Part shown: positions 44,463 through 46,043 of the stretch, one piece after another
How the letters are laid out: each line of letters opens with the position of its first letter
How positions within the stretch are numbered: position 1 is the stretch's first letter
Assembly: GCA_949282945.1 (NCBI GenBank)
Contig: CASDQQ010000047.1
Location: forward strand, 1 to 46,043
Direction: 5' to 3'
DNA length: 46,043 nt
Source: an uncultured Eubacteriales bacterium
Lineage (GTDB): Bacteria > Bacillota > Clostridia > UBA1212 > CASDQQ01
Program-made: the position numbers and the translations under genes
The notes under the pieces: model-generated
What the model saw: only the letters and a program-made list of their open reading frames with translations
What the model was told of the DNA's origin: nothing
Databases searched by the model: none

Positions 44463-45899
44463 ATGGATAATCTGCATGAGGAATGCGGTGTTTTCGGCGT
44501 ATATTCACCAAAGGCCGGCAAAGTTGCCGATACTGTATATTATGGATTATACGCACTGCAGCACCGGGGGCAGGAGAGCTGCGGCATAGCAGTTTGCGAC
44601 GATGGGATATTCAGCTCTTACAAAGACATAGGCCTGGTAAGCGAGGTATTTACAAAGGAAATATTGGCAAGGCTGCCGTTGGGTTCAATGGCAGTGGGAC
44701 ATGTTCGTTACGGAACCACAGGAAAGACTAACCGGGCGAATTGCCAGCCTATCGAGGTCAATCATCAAAAGGGAAAAATGGCGCTGGCGCACAATGGAAA
44801 TTTAAGCAATGCCTATAGTCTGAGAAGCGAGCTTGAATTGTCCGGAGCGATATTCCATACCACGAGCGATACGGAGATCATTGCTTATATTGTTACAAGA
44901 GAGCGTTTGACTTCTCCTTCTATTGAAGGGGCTTTGATCAGAGCTATGGATAAACTGGATGGAGCGTACTCCTTAATAATGATGTCGGCCTCAAAGCTGA
45001 TAGCCGCAAGAGATCCTTATGGTTTCCGTCCTCTGTGCTATGGCAAGATGGCGGACGGGAGCTATGTGGCCGCTTCTGAAAGCTGCGCGTTGGCCGCGGT
45101 AGGCGCGGAATTTGAAAGGGACATTTTGCCTGGAGAGGTAGTTGTCTTTGATGAAAACGGAGTTCATTCCTACAGGGAACATTGCGGTAAATGCAAACCA
45201 AGCATATGTATTTTCGAATATATATATTTTGCCAGACCTGACTCGGCGATCAACGGAGTATCTGTCCATGAGGCCAGATTTAGAGCGGGAAAGCTTTTGG
45301 CTGAAAGGTACCCTGCGGACGCGGATGTGGTAATAGGAGTTCCCGACTCGGGCATTGACGCGGCGCTTGGCTATTCACAGGCTTCCGGCATTCCCTATGG
45401 ACTGGGGTTTATCAAAAATAAATATATAGGGAGAACCTTCATTTCCCCCAGTCAGGATGAGCGTACGGATAAGGTAAGGATAAAATTGAATCCAATTCGC
45501 GAAACAGTTGAAAATAAGCGCGTAATTTTAATTGACGATTCTATTGTTAGGGGCACCACTAGCGGGCAGATAGTAAATCTGCTGAGATACGCGGGGGCAA
45601 GGGAAGTACATATGAGGATATCGGCTCCGCCTTTTTTAAATCCATGTTATTATGGAACGGATATCGATTCCCGTGAAAATTTGATTGCCTGCAGCCATAC
45701 TGTAGAGGAGATTGCCGGAATAATCGGAGCGGACAGTTTAGGCTATCTGCCTTCTGAAGACCTGAAAAATTTGATAGGATGCGAAAACTTTTGTTCGGCT
45801 TGCTTTAGCGGGGAATATCCAACCAAGATTCCGGAAAATACGCAAAAAGACCGTTTTGAGGCAAAACTGTCGGAACGGAAAAAATATAAAAAACATTAA
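44463..45899 (+). CDS. purF: Amidophosphoribosyltransferase (glutamine PRPP amidotransferase)
   Basis: 478 aa. Propeptide MDNLHEE precedes the nucleophile Cys (CGVFGV). PRPP-binding loop VILIDDSIVRGTT. C-terminal Fe-S Cys residues. AAGGAGAG RBS. Confidence 0.95.
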   Translation: MDNLHEECGVFGVYSPKAGKVADTVYYGLYALQHRGQESCGIAVCDDGIFSSYKDIGLVSEVFTKEILARLPLGSMAVGHVRYGTTGKTNRANCQPIEVNHQKGKMALAHNGNLSNAYSLRSELELSGAIFHTTSDTEIIAYIVTRERLTSPSIEGALIRAMDKLDGAYSLIMMSASKLIAARDPYGFRPLCYGKMADGSYVAASESCALAAVGAEFERDILPGEVVVFDENGVHSYREHCGKCKPSICIFEYIYFARPDSAINGVSVHEARFRAGKLLAERYPADADVVIGVPDSGIDAALGYSQASGIPYGLGFIKNKYIGRTFISPSQDERTDKVRIKLNPIRETVENKRVILIDDSIVRGTTSGQIVNLLRYAGAREVHMRISAPPFLNPCYYGTDIDSRENLIACSHTVEEIAGIIGADSLGYLPSEDLKNLIGCENFCSACFSGEYPTKIPENTQKDRFEAKLSERKKYKKH

Positions 45900-46043
45900 G
45901 AGAAAGACTAACTATTAAAAGTCAAGTCTAAAATGGAGATCTTACGAATGAATTGCGGAAACGTATTTCAGATATAATTGTACCTTGAAAATCGCATGAC
46001 AAATAGAGCATCGTATACCGGTGCTCGAAGAGAGTGTTATAGA

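Noticed and set aside
45900-46043. Possible promoter (TATAAT near 45973) and a CCTTGAAAAT... stretch reminiscent of rRNA-operon leader sequences at the window edge.
   Set aside because: The segment is too short and the resemblance too vague. No rRNA sequence is inside the window to support it.
1-46043. Search for CRISPR arrays, tandem or dispersed long repeats, IS elements, integrases, tRNA genes or known defence-system genes.
   Set aside because: None was seen on manual reading. The only repeat-like DNA is the Asn-codon run inside the tiny Cys-rich ORF, plus the short hairpins and palindromes already listed.

Overview
The window looks like a chromosomal segment from a low-GC Gram-positive anaerobe, probably Clostridia. 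Supporting signs are AGGAGG-type RBSs, a T-box leader, type III glutamine synthetase, an NfnAB pair and many U-tract hairpin terminators. I saw no rRNA, tRNA, CRISPR array, transposase, integrase or phage genes. Bases 1-5.5 kb hold a secreted glycan-degradation set: a GxGYxYP lipoprotein, an esterase, a Cys-type sulfatase and an SGNH lipoprotein. Bases 5.5-9.5 kb hold NfnAB and a YabE-like G5/3D cell-wall protein. Bases 9.5-24 kb are a mosaic of small units: a DUF2975/HTH/large-membrane-protein module, a PAP2 phosphatase, an unannotated 44-aa Cys-rich tiny membrane protein, tadA coupled to a 734-aa unknown, Fe-ADH, a nucleotidyltransferase, an aldo-keto reductase, an XRE-cupin regulator with an acyl-CoA synthetase, a PA14 surface protein and an AT-rich XRE islet. 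Bases 24-31.6 kb hold a sugar locus: ribokinase, a SIS protein, AraC, GH43 and GH78. Bases 31.7-45.9 kb form a dense glutamine and nitrogen hub. On the - strand are glnN (GS type III), an ammonium transporter fused to P-II, then a T-box and asnB. On the + strand are a five-gene split archaeal-type glutamate synthase, pyrG and purF. The most interesting unexplained signal is the 430-bp divergent control region at 37408-37834. Both nitrogen operons there have near-consensus promoters followed by leader intrinsic terminators and share a short 5' box, and I cannot assign them to any riboswitch or attenuator class I know. All functional calls rest on motif recognition by eye; no database search was run.
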